From the NCBI GenBank assembly GCA_951406725.2, contig OX597828.1:55614001-55678000 (forward strand): DNA of 64,000 nt, read 5' to 3'. Source of the DNA: Octopus vulgaris (lineage: Eukaryota). The notes beneath the pieces are model-generated. The model did not search any database. It was not told the DNA's origin and was given only the letters and a program-made list of their open reading frames with translations. The translations under genes were made by a program, and so were the position numbers. This document shows positions 1 to 13,679 of the stretch, in pieces. Position 1 is the stretch's first letter; each line of letters opens with the position of its first letter.

Positions 1-290
1 GCGACGCAAAACCTTTTGAGTAAATTTGGAAGTCGTAAACCGTGGATGTCAGTCATACGTACATAAGTGTGAACATGAGTCTTTGTGCTTGTGTACGTCT
101 CCCTACCACTTGACAAACGGTGTTGTTTTGTTTACGTTCGTCTAACTTACCGGTTTAGCAAAGACACCAATAAATTGGTACCATGCTTAAAATAAATTCT
201 GCGGTCGATTTGTTCGACTAAACCTATATATGGCAGTGCTCCTGTATAAATAATGTTTAATGACTGAAGCAATCAAAAGAATAAAAGACG
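1..290 (+). mobile_element. SINE family D, degenerate 3' half
   Basis: Matches the family D tail (…gtcgatttgttcgactaaa…ggcagtgctcc…aatgactgaa…aaaagaataaaag), also seen at 21980-22145 and 29711-30110. Confidence 0.7.
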
Positions 291-729
291 TGTTAGCGCC
301 CGGAAGGCCATAGAGTTGACATTAAACCAATGTATCAGTCTCGCATTAACCAGAGCGTCTTTATATATTCACTCGAGCAGTTCGATTAGGATGCAAAACA
401 TCTCTGAAGTCACACACCGATTTAGGATCATCGGATATATTACAATACCATGGATTTGCGCCTGGAAACTTGCTCTTCAAGACTCACGCGTTATCTTTTC
501 TGTTATCTTTTACTTATTTTAGTCATTGGACTGAGTCTATACTGGGCCACAGCATTCTAGAGATTTAGCCGAACAAATCGGCACTAGCATTGGCTTTTTT
601 AAAGTCTGTACTCATTCCATTGGCTTCTTTTGTTTAGCTGCTAATTTGTAGAGACGTATACAAAGCAACATCGGTTATCGGGCGATGGGAAGGAAGGCAA
701 GCACAAAACACCGCTTCACAAGTATATAT

Positions 730-760
<31 letters not shown>

Positions 761-762
761 CG

Positions 763-809
<47 letters not shown>

Positions 810-837
810 GTATATGTATATATATGTATATATATAT

Positions 838-1025
838 AGGGAGAGTTTACGAAAAAAAAAAACAAAAGACGAAGACAGATGGTGTACAAAACAAACATAT
901 GTATTAGTATAACGCTCAGGAATAGAAAAAAGGTTTTTTACGTTTCGAGCCTACGCTCTTCTACAGAAAGGAGCACAGAAATAAACAAAGAGGGAGCATA
1001 TGTGTGTAGTGGCTAAGGATTCACT
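838..1025 (-). mobile_element. ~185-bp PLE-derived terminal-repeat element carrying an HHR-like motif, copy 1
   Basis: Near-identical to 23678-23860, 24301-24484 (inverted) and 61659-61864; begins directly at a (TA)n tract; minus strand reads CTTT-CTGTAGA-A-GAGC-GTAG-GCTC-GAAAC-GTA-AAAA. Confidence 0.75.
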
Positions 1026-1370
1026 ATAGCTAGTTAACATCATCGACAACAGAAGAAACGATATATAATGTTTGACTTCCGTCAAATATTTTATATGAAA
1101 GCAAACAAACGGTGAGAACAGAAAAAAAAATTAAACATTGTAAAAAACAAGAACAGGCAACCATCAAGAATTAACACATAACTAAAAGATGAATGACTTA
1201 GCAACGCAAGATTAATAATTGTCTGTAATACAAAAGTAAAAAAAAACCCCAGAAAACACATAACAGTTTATGGGATGAACCGATTTTCTAGGATTAAAAC
1301 ACGATTAACATTTGTATACAATGTAATTAGTATAGAGGATTAACCCAAATCTGTATTTCTGTCTCATTTG

Positions 1371-1662
<292 letters not shown>

Positions 1663-1771
1663 CTATATTTAATATACACGTGATCAAGCATGCACACAGA
1701 ATTTTTTTAAAATGGTGCCTATACATATCTGTCTGTCTGTCTCTCTCTCTATGTACCTATCTATCAAATTT

Positions 1772-1804
<33 letters not shown>

Positions 1805-2734
1805 ATCTATCTATCCATCTATCTACCTATCTATCTTTGCTTGCGCGCGCACGCACACAAACACAACACACACACAATTTACGGGATTCCACACAGTTTC
1901 TTAATAGAAAAGTTCCATTCCATCCATAAGGCAGCTAACAATATTCACGCACACGCTCACGACAAGATGCACCCATCTATACATATGTTCATATGTAGAT
2001 ACACGTGTGTATAGCATTCACTGACACAGATATGACTGTAAAATATATACGATACAAAGAAAGATGCACACCCTACAGACACCCCATTATACACACAACA
2101 CTACTCAGACCAACGCAAACGAGCTAACATTTGTTTTCCTATGTGTGCTAAAGACAATCTCCAATCTATGATAATGAAAGCTGTCTATATTAACTTGTCG
2201 ATAATTCTAAAGATGGACCTATGTTTGCAGAGAAAGTTAAATATAAAACAATATGAGAAACTCCAATGAACAACATATAAAGAACAAAAGGCGAGACTGG
2301 GTGAGAGAGATATCGGGAAAGAGAGAAAGAGAGAGAACGTGTGTGTGTGTGAGAGAGAGAGAGAGTATGTGTGCGAGGGAGAGAAAAGAGAAAGGGTGAG
2401 AAAGAGAGAGAAACAAGTAGACCATCAGATAGATACAATAGATCGATAGATAGGAAGTGTTTTTCTTCTTCAGAAGCTGTTTCTTCTCTCCAGTTCCATT
2501 ATAGTTAAAAGCTTTTCTAGTTACCATTATCTCTTTATTCGACCGGAAGTTGAAGATGAACCGATATGTTGTGCCGGAAGGCTTGTAAAAAATGTTTTTT
2601 CCCCCCATTTTCTCCTCGTAAAATATATAGACGATAGTATAGAGAAAGACACAGAGGGAAGCAAAGATTTATATATATATATATAAACAAGGAGAGAGAT
2701 AGAGATAGGTAGACAGATAGATAAATAGAGATAG

Positions 2735-2797
<63 letters not shown>

Positions 2798-3458
2798 GAA
2801 GTGATAAAATTTACTTGAAAATATAGTTGGAAGTCTCTAGTAATTAGACATAAGGTAGCGAAGCAAGAAAACTGATAAAAATAAAATAAAATAAACAAAG
2901 AAAAGTACACGAAAATTATGTGAAGATCGCGTGGGTGATTTGAAAAAAAATGGCGGAAGTTTATTTCCTTTCATTATTTCGACTTCATCATGCAAATCTC
3001 GCACATTGCTGTAAAAGAAACTTCCATGTTGAGAATAGCGAACACTGATTAAAATGTTACATCGTCGTTCATAGCTATTCGTATTCATTAAGACACTAGC
3101 ACACATGTTCATATATACACATATATACACACAATGCACACGGAAACACACATATACATGTGTGTATGTATGAATGTATATATATATGTATGTGTGCGTG
3201 TATGAGTGTGCGAGTATATATGGGTGTGCGCGTGTGCATGGTGGTGCATATATTATTGACGTCACGATAATTACTTTTCTAGCTAAAGTATATGGGAGAG
3301 ATAATCCGTGCATCAGATTAGGATTAAAATGCGAGAATCAGAGAAAGGTTTTGTTATATTTATGTATGTACGTAAGTATGTATATATATATATATATATA
3401 TACATACATACATACATACATGCGTACATACATACACACATATATATATGTATGCATG

Positions 3459-3489
<31 letters not shown>

Positions 3490-3614
3490 TGTGTGTGTGT
3501 GTGTGCATGTATATATATATATCTATACGTATGTATGTGTATAGTTGGAAGTCTCTAGTAATTAGACATAAGATAGAGAAGCCACAAAAATAATATAAAC
3601 AAACTAAAAAAAGC

Positions 3615-3895
<281 letters not shown>

Positions 3896-3975
3896 ATTTG
3901 TATAACGTTGCTATTGTTTCATCCGTTTACTTTTTGTTAGAGATTTGTATCTAATCTATTCGGTATTTATTTATT

Positions 3976-3979
<4 letters not shown>

Positions 3980-4055
<76 letters not shown>

Positions 4056-4066
4056 ATTATTATTGC

Positions 4067-4120
<54 letters not shown>
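3980..4120. repeat. (GTA)n followed by (ATT)n microsatellite
   Basis: Direct read. Confidence 0.95.
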
Positions 4121-4123
4121 CAT

Positions 4124-5192
4124 TTCATTTATTGGTCACTTTCCCACTACTAACCCTCTTTCAAACGCACGAGTGGATGTTCCACTGACTGCATTGCCCA
4201 CCTGGTAGAGGGTAGTGAGTGCTGGGCAACATTCCAGATGCCAGTCACCCTGTCTCAGTGTCTACTTGACCCAGGACTGCAGCTCAATCAAGGAGACGAG
4301 CTGACGAAAGGCCTGTTTGACAAACGGCGACCATACATGTTCACCATTTAGGCAAAATATCTGGAGATTCCGCTGCCTCAGCGCATATCTGCTCATCATT
4401 AGCCACGGCATGCCCAGGCCTCCACGTAGAGGCTGCTGGTAGCAGATGGACCGCCTTACCAATGGAACCTCTCCGCTAGAATTTGAAGAGGAGGCGCTCC
4501 AACTTGGCTAGGCACGACGGTCAGGCGGTAGTAGATGACGGACGCGATTTACGCATTCGCCACCTCCGACTGACCTTTCAGTGACAGCCCATTTCTGGGT
4601 GAGACTGGTTACCCTGGTCGTTACGTCGTCCCAGTTCTTAACCACCTTGAGGTTTGGTCCGAACTAAACCTCAATCAACTTTACCGGTTCGTCAGTCCAG
4701 CACCCAACGACGCTGTTGGACGTCATAGACTTGCCTCTATAGGTGCCGAATTGCAAGCCCACTGACTTTTCAGCGTTAAATTTTTGCTCCCGTCAATTTT
4801 TCATATTCCTCCAATGATGTGCCTACCAACTCGATATCTGAAGTGTCCGACACCATCATCTTGATGTCGTCCGCATAAGCCAGCACAGCTCTTCTGCGTC
4901 CCGGTTCGAGCGGGCTACCCTGCAGCAGCTCTATCTTCCGCAGTATAGGCTCAAGAGTCAATACTACAGAGAGGAGGAGTGAGGACACCCTTGACGGACC
5001 GATCGAGAGATCTGAAACGGTTCCGATAGGTGGCAATTAACTTTGACCATCAAGATGCCACTGTGCATTGCAGCGATCCAACCTCTGAAGATAGGGCCGA
5101 AGCTACCCGATTTCAGCACAGCCTCCAGATACCGGTGGTCGAACTTATCGAATGTTTCCATTGATCTAAATTAATTAGAAACTTCCCCGAAA
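4124..5192 (-). mobile_element. Decayed non-LTR retrotransposon reverse transcriptase fragment, L1/Tx1-like
   Basis: Frameshifted minus-strand ORFs give RT motifs INLDQ..(K)TFDKFDHRYL, SVRQGCP, AYADDI and YEKLTGAKI. Confidence 0.9.
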
Positions 5193-5289
5193 CTAGTAGA
5201 AGACACTTGCCCAAGGGGCCACGCAGTGGAACTGAACCCAGAGCCATGTGGTTGGTAAGCAAGCTATTTACCACACAGCCACTCCTGCG

Positions 5290-5292
<3 letters not shown>
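5193..5292 (-). mobile_element. SINE family D head (tRNA-like plus CORE-like segment)
   Basis: Minus strand ggcgcaggagtggctgtgtgg…ggttcagttccactgcgtgg..ccttgggcaagtgtcttc, same as the head of 29711-30110. Confidence 0.85.
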
Positions 5293-5328
<36 letters not shown>

Positions 5329-5345
5329 CTGAAACAAATAAGAGA

Positions 5346-5429
<84 letters not shown>

Positions 5430-5699
5430 CAAAATATAAAGTCATATCTCGAGATCATTAGTGACAACAACGCTCAAAATATATAGCAGACTGGAATAGT
5501 AGTGCTCAAATGAGCTGTATACACTTTTTAATCCGAGGGGTGCCAATGCGAGCAGCAACTACAGGAGCACCACAAAATTCACAGAAAGATCAAACACATA
5601 CATATATTCATATATTCATTTATATCTACTGAACAGACATAAAGCCCGACGTTCAGAAATATATAGTAATATATAAATATATAAACATCATATAAAAAT

Positions 5700-6000
5700 A
5701 TATTGTACGCATAAGATCCACTCGACGTTCCATAAGAAATTTAGAAATAAAAATTGCAATAAAAGTTAGAGGTAATAATAACAATTGAATAACAATTGAA
5801 TAAGTAGTAATTAAAAAAAAAACTAAAGTATGGTAATTAAATCGTAATATAATAATTAGAAGAAAAATATAGCAATTAGTATAAAATGTATCAAGGACTT
5901 GAAATCGAATATGTGGCTTTGCATGAATGGGAGAAATTAAAAGATGAAAAATTTAATTGAGTGTAGAAGTGAATTAGTCCAGATGGAGCTGTGCGCATAC
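5700..6000 (+). pseudogene. Highly decayed Penelope-like GIY-YIG endonuclease C-terminus
   Basis: Frameshifted remnants KVW*LN, RICxLCMNxEKL and NLIECRSEL…C.YH resemble the PLE C-terminal W.LK…C.LC..EK…LLN.RSE…C.H pattern; followed by an HHR at 6155. Confidence 0.45.
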
Positions 6001-6154
6001 CATTTACTATAGCTGCTAGATTGAATTATATGCTTATAAAGTAGCATTCAATATCTATGCGAATTTTTGGGAGTACGTAATGTCTGGTCTTTTGCATGTA
6101 GCGGGTATGTAATTGTGCATTTGTTTCCGTGTACTATGTGTTGTGTGTAAAAAA

Positions 6155-6236
6155 CATCCTGACGAGGGGAGTGTAAATTTTAAATATATGATATGTTTCA
6201 TATTAGTTGGTGCATCTCCGAAACGGCCCATAGATG
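6155..6236 (+). ncRNA. Type I hammerhead ribozyme motif, probably degenerate
   Basis: CATC-CTGACGA-GGGGAGTGTA…TGCATCTCC-GAAAC-GGCCC-ATA-GATG; stem I CATC/GATG; stem III has a C-A mismatch. Confidence 0.65.
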
Positions 6237-6422
6237 AACTTTTATGTATTTTTGTAAATTTGTATAATTATCATCTATGTATTTTTCTCTGGAATTTTAA
6301 TTCGCCTTTTTAATATGTCAATGTGTGTTTTATTACCCCAAATTTTTAATTTAACAAATTTATACCAAACTAGCACGTTGCCGGGTCATAATGCTAGTAT
6401 ATATTTATATATATATATATAG

Positions 6423-6760
6423 TGAAGGCGCATAGCCCGGTGGTTAGATTGTCGTGTTTGCAATCGTGAGGTTGTGTGCTCGAATCCCGGACCGGGCTGC
6501 GTGTTGTGATCTTCAGCAAGACATTTTATTTTCCGTGGCTCCAGTTCACTCAACCGTAGAAATGAGTTGCGACGTCACAGGTGCCAAGCTGTATCGGCCC
6601 CTTTGACTTTCCGTTGGATAACACCGGTGGCGTGGAGAGGGGAGGCCGGTATGCATGGGTGACTGCTTGTCTTCAATAAACAACCTTGCCCCCGGACTTG
6701 TGCCTGAGAGGGTAACTTTTTAGGTGCAACCCCATGGTCAGTCATGACCAAAGGGTGTCT
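6423..6760 (+). mobile_element. tRNA-derived SINE family C, full length
   Basis: A-box TAGCCCGGTGG, B-box-like GCTCGAATCC, 3' tail ggtgcaaccccatggtcagtcatgacc shared with 8508-8984. Confidence 0.85.
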
Positions 6761-6763
6761 CAG

Positions 6764-6815
<52 letters not shown>

Positions 6816-7168
6816 CTATATATATATATCTATATATATATATATATATATAGTCGGATGTTCAAAGGTGCTAAATTTAGTTCTCAATCTGTAACGAAAT
6901 TAAATTACTTTTTCATTAGTAAATAAAAGAGGAAGCTTTTTACTTTTCTAAAACGTACGATGAGAATTGAAATGAAAATCTTGCTTAAGAAAGTCTTGCT
7001 TATTGATTCCTTTTATTTTATGTTTTAATGATCATATATTGATTTCACCATCGTCTGATGTAGAAGTAGTTAAACGTCTAAGTTCTACATAGACTTGTGG
7101 CGTTTCTCTCATCGACTTTCACGGTTCACTTCCTGTACGAGGCTCTTCATCATTGTCCTCATTAGCAT

Positions 7169-7212
<44 letters not shown>

Positions 7213-7854
7213 ATAATAATAATGGTAGTAGTGTTAGAAATGCGTTTTTTCTTCCCCACCTTACAATGAAACGAGCACTTAAGTGAATTACTAACATATA
7301 CTAACGATATATTGATTTCTTAAGGGAGTTATATTCGAAACTAATCGAAGCTTGACAAAGGAAGACTTGCGTTCATAGTGTAAAAGTGTATGGAGGCCAA
7401 AAATAAAAACAAGCAAAACTAGAAATGAAAATAAACGAACATAAATTTGTAAAATATAGCAAATGACCAACCGCTGAGCGAACTTAGCTAGTTCGAATCC
7501 TGGAATATAAGTAGGCGTGGTGTTTTGTTTTAGCTTACCGGAACTGGGCCTGTTTGAACGTGTCCATGTGTGGGTGTACATAATGAAAATCGTTAATAGT
7601 TAGTCGATAGCTAAACAGGTAAATGTTATATTTAAATGGATTTTGCGAAGCATTAGGTGAAGTTGAGCAAGAGAGAAAGAGATATGATCGTTTTGATAGA
7701 GATATTTATATATGTAGCTAGAGGAATCTTTTCACTGGAAACATACCAAAAGAGTTTGACCTTCAAACTCTTCCCCTGCAAATATGCAAGTGCTACTAGT
7801 AAAGCAGTTTAGTACTAAATAACATAGAAATAGTCCTGACACTTATTTTCAAGA

Positions 7855-8076
7855 TGTAGTAGTAGTAGTAGTAGTAGCAGCAGCAGAAGACGTAGTAGTA
7901 GTATTAGTAGTTGTAGTGGTAGTAGTAGCAGTGGTAGTAGTAGTATTAGTAGTGGTAGTAGTAGTATTAGTAGTTGTAGTGGTAGTAGTAGCAGTAGTAG
8001 TGGTAGTAGTAGTAGTATTAGTAGTTGTAGTAGTAGTAGTTGTAGTAGTAGTGTTGGTAGTAGTAGTAGTAGTAGT
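7855..8076. repeat. (GTA)n degenerate microsatellite
   Basis: Direct read. Confidence 0.95.
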
Positions 8077-8507
8077 AAAGCCAGCAATTTTTTTTTTGTG
8101 GGGGGGTTAAGCCTATTACATCGAGCCTAATGCTCAACTGGTACTTTTGTTATCGACACCGAAAGGATGAATTTGAACTGAGAAAATAAAGATGGATGAA
8201 ACTTTGCTGAGCATTTTGCCCGGGTTGCCAACATCGATTCTGCCAATATTGACATTATTGATAATAATCATAGAGTGTAATGGAACCTCACCTCGATTGA
8301 AACGTATGAATGTTCTTCTGTTCAATTAGCTCGCATAGTGGCTTAGTATTGCATAAATGACAAATTCGGCACCATATTACAACGTATAAAATCTTAAGTG
8401 AAGTTCACTGTCTTTGTGGATTTCTGAATAGCTAACGCATGCCTTCCACCCAGCAATCGTTTTAATTTCAACACACGACCTCGAATCCAAATGCTTGTCA
8501 TGCAAGT

Positions 8508-8984
8508 TGTGACCCCCTTCGGTCATGAATGACCATGGGATTGCACCTAGAAAGTTGCCCTCCGAGGCACAAGTCTGGGCAAGGTTGTTTATGGAAGACC
8601 AGCAGTCGCCCATGCATACCAGCCACCCCTCTCCAGACCAGCGATGTTATCCAAGGGAAGGGCAAAGGCTGATACAGCTTGGCACCAGTGACACAGCAGC
8701 TCTTTTATTAACGTGCAAGTGGCTGAGCACTCCACAGACACGTGTACCCTTAACGTAGTTCTCGGGGAGATTCAGTGTGACACAGAGTGTGACGTACAGC
8801 AGAAACAGGAAGAAAGAGTGAGAGAAAGAGTACAGAAGGGTTCACCCCCCCCCCCCTGCCGGAGCATCGTGGAGCTTTAGGTGTTTTCGCTCAATAAACA
8901 CTCACGATGCCCAGTCTGGGAATCGAAACTGCGATCCTACGACCGCGAGTCCGCTGCCCTAACCATTGGGCTATTGCGCCTCCA
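8508..8984 (-). mobile_element. tRNA-derived SINE (family B head, family C tail) with 14-bp TSD
   Basis: TSD CTTGTCATGCAAGT at 8494-8507 and 8985-8998; head ggaggcgcaatagcccaatggttagggcagcggactcgc. Confidence 0.9.
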
Positions 8985-9585
8985 CTTGTCATGCAAGTAC
9001 ACCCCAACAATTCATTAGCTTTGTTTGGTTCCATCCTTTTTCTCCTTTTATGGTTCTTACACTCTCAAGCAAAGCTGCCTTGATATACAGTCGGTGCTCG
9101 TACACTTAATAGGATCTTTATTTATTTTTTTTTTGCATTGAACCAACACAGACATCTCTTATTCTCGAATATATTTCGTTAAGTGTATCAGGGAAGATCC
9201 TTTTGGCGTCTGTATGTAACAAAATATAAGCATAATTGGAGATGATAACTTTAATTAATCGGATGAGATAATCATTTTGAGATAATCAATGCACTTCAAA
9301 TATATTTAAAACAAATAACAAACAAAGCCAAAACAATGAGTTAAACAAACAACACAACAGGATTAACGTTGAATCTTAAAATCAATGAGTACACCAGAAA
9401 ATATTGGAAACTCTAGCTGTTTTGCTGTTTTCTGTCTCTGACAGCCATTCATGACAGACATGAACTCACTATCAGTGTACGTTTTAATAATGACATTTGT
9501 GCTGTTAAATAGTGAATGTTTCATAGCAGGGTTGTAAAAAACGTGTACTTCTTATGAAAATGCCTATACAGAATCGATGAGAAAA

Positions 9586-10560
9586 GGCTGCGGGCTGGCA
9601 GAAAAGTTAAGTTAACACGCCGGGCGAAATGCTTAGCAGTATTTCGTCTGCCGTTACGTTCTGAGTTCAAATTCCACCGGGGTCGACTTTACCTTTCATC
9701 CTTTCGGGGTCGATAAATTAAGTACCAGTTACGCACTGGGGTCGATGTAATCGAATTAATCCCCTTATCTGTCCTTCTCCCAGTATCTTATCGTTTCTGC
9801 AAAAAAAAAAAAAAAATTGATATGATATGTATCAGATTTGAAAAAAAAAAAGGTACTGAAATTCATATGTTCGACTAAAACCTTTCAGGCAGTGCCCTAT
9901 TGTGGCTGCAATCAAATGACTGAATCCAGTGAAAAATATGAAGATAAAAGACACAGCAAAAAAATGCATACCTTACAAGCATCAATATATTAATACATTT
10001 AAGGCGGCGATCTGGCAGAAACGTTAGCACACCGGGTCAAATGCTTAGCGGCATTTTACCCGTCTTTACGTTTTGATTTAAAATTTGCCCAGTTCAGCTT
10101 TACCCTTCATCCTTTCGGATCGATAAAATAAGTAATCGACTAATCCCCTCCCCTGAAATTGCTGGAGTTGTGGCAAAATTTGAAACCAATGTATGAATAC
10201 ATTTAAAAATACTTTCTACTCTAGGCACAAGGCTCGAAATTTTGGGGAAGGGGCCAGTCGATTAGATCGACGTCAGTACGTAGTTGGTACTTAATTTATC
10301 GACCCCGAAAGGATGAAAGGCAAAGTCGACCTCGACGGAATTTGAATTCTGAATGTATATATGTAAAAATACTGTAAGGATCCGCGTGTCGAGCTAGCAA
10401 AATCGTTACACACCGACTAAAATTCCGAGTAATATTTCATCCGTCTGTACGTTCTGAGTTCGAATTCCATCCCATCGACTTTGCCTTTCATCCTTCCGGG
10501 GTTGATTAAATAAGTACTAGATGATCACACCGTTGAAAATTGCTGGTCTTATTTTAAAAT
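9586..10560. mobile_element. Cluster of SINE family A copies (9586-9777 +, 10002-10190 +, 10210-10355 -, 10385-10560 +) plus a family D tail
   Basis: Repeated gttctgagttcaaattcc…gtcgactttgcctttcatcctttcggggtcgataaa core. Confidence 0.85.
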
Positions 10561-10774
10561 CAATATTATTGTGAAGACTTATCCAAGTCAACCAGAAATA
10601 ATATTAACTGCAGTAGAGTAACGATTTTGCACTGAATATTTTACTATGTCTGATAGAAATAATCCTGAAGGTGTATGATCTAGTGATTAGGAGGTTGCGC
10701 TCACTATAGTTAAGACGCGAGTTCGATTCTTAGACCGTATGGTGTGTTTTGTCCTTCAATAATGTAGTTCATTT

Positions 10775-11176
10775 AAGGCGGTGAGCTGGCAGAAACGTTA
10801 GCACGCCGGGCGAAATGTTTAGCGGTATTTCGTCTGCCGTTACGTTCTGAGTTCAAATTCCGCCGAGGTCGACTTTGCTTTTCATCCTTTCGGGGTCGAT
10901 TAAATAAGTACCAGTTACACACTGGGGTCGATATAACCGACTTAATTCGTTTGTCTGTCCTTGTTTGTCCCTTCTGTGTGTAGCCCCTTGTGGGCAGTAA
11001 AGAAATAGATATTTCGTCTGTCTTACGTTCTGAGTTCATATTCCGCCGAGGTCGACTTTGCCTTTCATCCTTTCGGGGTCGATAAATTATGTACCAGTTG
11101 CGTACTGGGGTCGATCTAATCAACTGGCCTCCTCCCACAAAATTTCGGGCCTTGTGCCTAGAATAGAAAAATAAAT
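10775..11176 (+). mobile_element. Dimeric SINE family A with 16-bp TSD, nested in an older family C-like SINE
   Basis: Two tandem cores; TSD ATAATGTAGTTCATTT at 10759-10774 and 11177-11192; flanks (10667-10774, 11193-11250) join into a tRNA-headed SINE. Confidence 0.9.
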
Positions 11177-11848
11177 ATAATGTAGTTCATTTCACACACC
11201 TGCAGTATATTCAACTGAGACTGAATACCAGTGGCACCTGGAAGCTAACCTTGGTGGGTACGAGCATTCTGAACGCTCAGGTAGACAGACGTGAGGCTAA
11301 TCAACAACAACATTAAGGAACTAGAAGAGAAAATTCTTAGCACTAATTGGTTATGTAATTTTGACATTCTAATTAAATATATACGCGATAGATGTAGTGC
11401 TCCGTGCTTTCGGAAGTCGATGATATAAATTTCGGTTACATAATTTTGATCGATCAAATCGGCAACAGCCGCGCTCAGTGTAAAGCGTTCATGCTATTGT
11501 GTAAACCGAAGTGACAAAACTTTTCACACACGCGTTCACAGGCACGTAGCCCATCCCACACACATGTCCAGACATATGCACGCACACACACACTTGCATA
11601 CGTGCACACGCTCACACATGCTCTCTCTCTCTCTCTCTCTTTCTCTCTCCCTAATGAAGACTTAGTAACAGGCACTGAAACACGTATAAATAGACAAACA
11701 TACTCGCAGACACGCTTAGTTTACTTACGATCAACATCTGGCACCTTCGTCACTTTGCGGTGTCTATAAACGCCATAAAGATACATTAAGATAAATTTAG
11801 GATTTGTTTTATCTGACTGCCAGAAACAGCAACTGAATTCAATTAAAT

Positions 11849-12030
11849 CACCTATTATATAAAATCCGTTCTGTCTGTTTTCTAGGATATCGGGCATCCT
11901 CCATCCGATTGCGCTCAAATTTGATATGTAGATACCGACAGTATCAGGGCGTGTATAAGTTTTAAAAAAATTACAAAAGTCGATTTCAGGTGAGAATGCG
12001 ATCAATAAAGCCGTGGGAACGTGTAATTGT
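11849..12030 (+). mobile_element. Possible non-autonomous Helitron-like 5' end
   Basis: tattatataaaatccgttctgtctg…catccgattgcgctcaaatttg resembles 5' subterminal motifs of non-autonomous rolling-circle elements; no 3' end identified. Confidence 0.35.
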
Positions 12031-12524
12031 ACGCGCAAGTACATCAGTGGAAATCCGTCTTTTGCTGGTGTCTCAAATTTAGGTTAAATCAGTGTTTCTC
12101 AAAGGGGAGGCCTATGGGACGGTCGGAGAAGTTGTTTTGAGAAAATTTGGTTTAAATGTTTGACAACTCAGCACCGTCCATTGGACGGGGTGCGTTTTGC
12201 TCGTATTAATTAAAGAGGAAGGACAAACTGGACAATAAATACTAAGTTATGAAAAATAGAGGGGGATGGAACTGGAATCCTAGATTTACTCGATCAAGAC
12301 TGACGTGAGAATAATTAACAACAACACCAGTTAAGGAACTACATGATAGTATGTAGGAAACATTCGGCCCCAGTGTTTAGTTCAAGGATACCTCCTCAAC
12401 TTTCGCCATCCGTCTGTCCGTCAGCCCGTCGCTCTCTCCCCACCTATGAGTCTCAGAGGTTCTGTAGACGGTCATGTGCTCAGACTTTCTTTATGCCTAG
12501 TATATAAACAATACCTATACACAG

Positions 12525-12760
12525 GTGAAGGCGACGAGCTGGCATAAACGTTAGCACGCCGGACGAAATGCGTAGCCGTATTTCGTCTGCCGTTACATTG
12601 TGAGTTCAAATTCCGCCGTGGTCGACTTTGCCTTTCATCCTTTCGGGGTCGATAAATTACGTACCAGTCACGCACTGGGGTCGATGTAATCGACTTAATT
12701 CCTTTGTCGGCCCTTGTTTGTCCCCTCTATGTTTAGCCCCTTGTGAGCAATAAAGAAATA
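12525..12760 (+). mobile_element. SINE family A monomer with 15-bp TSD
   Basis: TSD AATACCTATACACAG at 12510-12524 and 12761-12775. Confidence 0.92.
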
Positions 12761-13679
12761 AATACCTATACACAGATTTAAAAGGGACGTAAGTCAGAGT
12801 GTCTCCAATGCTGAGGAGAGTGTTGAAACTCAGAACTCGGAAGATATAAGAAACCATTTTCAGATTCACATTGGTTTCAAGGGTTACAGTTCTCGTACAG
12901 CGCCTTGTCAGTGTACGAGTATAGGCGGAGCTTTATTGGATTTGAATTAAGCAGTGGCTGGAAACAAAGAGCAAACAGAATTAGTGATCGCGCTGAAAGT
13001 ATAAATACTTCACTGAGTACAAAAAAATACTGTAAATCGGTCACCAGCAACTATTATAGAATACTCTAGCATCACTTATAGAAGTAGTATAGAAGTAATA
13101 TACCAAATAATCGATGGCACGAACTGGTCAGGTACTGTAATGTTTTAAATAATTAATAGCAAGTAGAAATTTTCTTTTCACTGTGTAAAACAACAAAACA
13201 CGAAATACTGGATATTTCTACTTGCTTTGCATTTATTTTTGTTTCTATTTTGAGCAGTGCAACTGGTAGAGAAGATAGAACAATGGGGATAGACTCTCGT
13301 TTGGTATCTCGCCAGTTTTGAGATATCATGCTAATGGGGCCGATGGTATCTTTCATTATATTTGAAGTCAATTTACTACAGCAATTTCTTGTTGTTGAGT
13401 GTTTATATTCTGTAAAAAGCTGTACATTAGTGCTCGAGCACTTCTCATAATTGAACATAGAGATGCCATGCGGTGTCATTTACGACCATTCACGCGGCGT
13501 AATGTAGTTCAGTCAGAGAGAGGGAGAAAGAGGGAAGAGGGAGAAGGAGAGAGATCGAGTGAGAAAGAGAGAGAAGAATATCAAACTTTTGTACTCGATT
13601 GGTACTTTATTTACTGGTCCCATAAAATGACAAGAAAAGTTGATTTTGGCAGGATTTGAACTTACCACGCTGAGAGCCA

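Noticed and set aside
6370-6400. Helitron-like 3' end (gcacgttgccgggt…gctagt); similar near 14850
   Set aside because: Too short to call and no matching 5' end nearby
10773-11138. Recurrent peptide RPRKDERQSRPRRNLNSE in several ORFs
   Set aside because: Antisense translation of the SINE family A core, not a protein family
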